Assembly (NCBI RefSeq): GCF_964204645.1 | Contig: NC_134035.1 | Location: 7,348,451-7,412,450, forward strand | DNA: 64,000 bases | Origin: Tubulanus polymorphus | Lineage: Eukaryota; Animalia; Nemertea | Direction: 5' to 3' | Shown: positions 62,071 to 64,000 of the stretch, in pieces | How the letters are laid out: each line of letters opens with the position of its first letter | How positions within the stretch are numbered: position 1 is the stretch's first letter | Notes under the pieces: generated by a model | Told to the model about the DNA's origin: nothing | The model's database searches: none | Seen by the model: the letters and a program-made list of their open reading frames with translations, nothing else | Position numbers and translations under genes: made by a program

Positions 62071-62255
62071 CAAATGTGATATATAATTAAAGATTTAATC
62101 TCGTCTGCACATTGAACAGTGATAATTTATATACATCAATTGAGATTTATTGGTTATTACCGCCTTATACTATCGTTTTTAGTCATGGAGACGAATAAGG
62201 TTATCTTATCTTACCATTTTGTTAGTCAGTTTGGCATTGGTTTTCCTCGCTGTTG

Positions 62256-62558
62256 GACTGTGCGTCCTGTTTGGCCTGCTGTGTGCGGGCTGGAGGGCTG
62301 TGTGCCCCAGATTCTACTGTGTGTGGATTAGAGGCTGTGTGCCTCGCATGACTATGCGTCCTGTTTGGCCTGCTGTGTGCGGGCTGGAGGGCTGTGTGCC
62401 CCAGATTCTACTGTGTGTGGATTAGAGGCTGTGTGCCTCGCAGGACTGTGTGTCCTGTTTGTTTGCCTGCTGTGTGCGGGCTGGAGGGCTGTGTGCCCCG
62501 GAGACTACTGTGTGTGGACTAGAGGCTGTGTGCCTCGCAGAACTTTGTGTCCTGTTTG
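62256..62558. repeat. GT-rich ~94-bp minisatellite, about 3.2 units
   Basis: CCTGCTGTGTGCGGGCTGGAGGGCTGTGTGCCCC recurs three times. Confidence 0.9.
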
Positions 62559-63849
62559 AGAAAAGAATATAAGAGTCGTTACGTTTAAAAAAAGAAATAA
62601 ATAAATAAAGGGAATTATGAATTATGAATTTTAGGGCAGAGAAAACTCGAAACTTCAGGATTGTTGGTTCCCACTATTGTGAGATATCGGTCAGGGAGTT
62701 CGTCTATTATTTCGCTTTTCTGATCTGTTTCGGCGATTTTAATTAGCGCATTTTCGGTTCGGTGGAAAGTCTAGTCGCAATCAACGCATGATTTAGTTTG
62801 CTCCGTTCGTGCGGGACGCGTGACAAATACCCCCACAAAATAATGCGAGCCTTTTGACTACATGCACCCAGATTTTAGCATGTTTCTTTGTTTGTCTTTA
62901 TGGCTGGACACGAGCAGACTGGCTACCGCGGTACCCTACCTTGGGACGGTGTATTCTATAAGATGTCTCCATTCAAAATCACCGGTAAGCTTTAATTTCT
63001 TATGCAGGTGGCGCAGATTGGACAGGCAACCAGTCTAAAGACGAATCCTTTCTCCGGATTTTAGTGTAATACGCCATAACCGTGGATTACAGATTACGAA
63101 ACTAGGTTTTGAGGTATTTGAAATATCGGCAAGCTCTTACTCTGAGTCCCGTTAATTAATCAGTGCATATTTAGAAAATTAATCTAGCCTGTTGCGGATA
63201 TATTCTCTCAAAATACGACTGGAGACGCTTTGAAATGCTCATTATTGCTCGATAATATCAATACTGGACAACGGTGAAGTACGTGCTAGATTTGAGCAAA
63301 GATGATATTTCACTTTTGTCAATTCAAATTAAAATTAAACGTTCTTTATTTATTGAAATTTGGAATGGAATTATGTACTGAGGATGAAATCTAAATCACG
63401 AACGCCTCGTCAGCTGTTCTTTCATTTTTCAAGTTAGTTTTTTGGATTTTGGGGTAGATTATTTTTAACCTCTTCGCTACCACACAATTCAATTCAAAAT
63501 TTATTGCGTCCTTATAATTTACAGAGATTACATGAGACAGACATGGCAATAAAATAAAACTCAAAAAGATACTGACAATTAACAAGAGAGAAAGAGTAAA
63601 AAACAAACAAACACATTTGAACAATAGAAACAAACAGGCGCTTACACTGTTATTCAATAACAACATACAAGGTATAATACAGGGAGACCCAGAAATTAAG
63701 ATAATACATATAGGCATGTTGGAAGAATGATGGATATTACATGAAGATTATGAGATGAAAGATATTATATAAGATTAAGTTATAAACATGTAATCTGACA
63801 CTTTATCAAGTAGTGAGTAATATATAAGGTTGAAGGCAGACCCAAATAC

Positions 63850-63852
<3 letters not shown>

Positions 63853-63904
<52 letters not shown>
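63853..63904. repeat. (TA)n microsatellite
   Basis: direct inspection. Confidence 0.95.
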
Positions 63905-63907
<3 letters not shown>

Positions 63908-64000
63908 ATGGGTTGAGATGGGTTTTTCTTTGGAGGCAAAGCTCGTTGACCAGTTGAGAGGATATGTCACCTATTTCACTGTCATTGTTGTTATATTCAA

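Noticed and set aside
62119-62559. Cys-rich repetitive ORFs
   Set aside because: Translations of a GT-rich minisatellite

Overview
AT-rich, intron-containing animal DNA, probably invertebrate (the species cannot be determined from the sequence). The host genes are (i) a tandem array of five single-exon class A GPCRs (~2.7-kb unit, two copies frameshifted) plus a diverged pseudogene and two terminal remnants, (ii) a four-TM MS4A/CD20-like gene on the minus strand, and (iii) a 13-exon TRPC-family channel (about 1103 aa) whose exon chain I assembled in frame from GT-AG boundaries. Between them lies about 26 kb of nested mobile DNA: three BEL/Pao LTR elements (one full length, inserted in the gag of another), a CR1/L2-type LINE inside the third, and many MITEs. 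It also holds a decayed, intron-rich Ginger-type transposase gene (gypsy-like integrase, triplicated 60-nt exon, Ulp1-like protease, PHD finger, C-terminal zinc finger). Most of that gene is bracketed by two inverted arrays of a ~170-bp satellite that end on the same nucleotide. A gypsy gag with possible UAG read-through and a foldback element occupy the first 3 kb. All family assignments come from motif recognition by eye; no searches were run.
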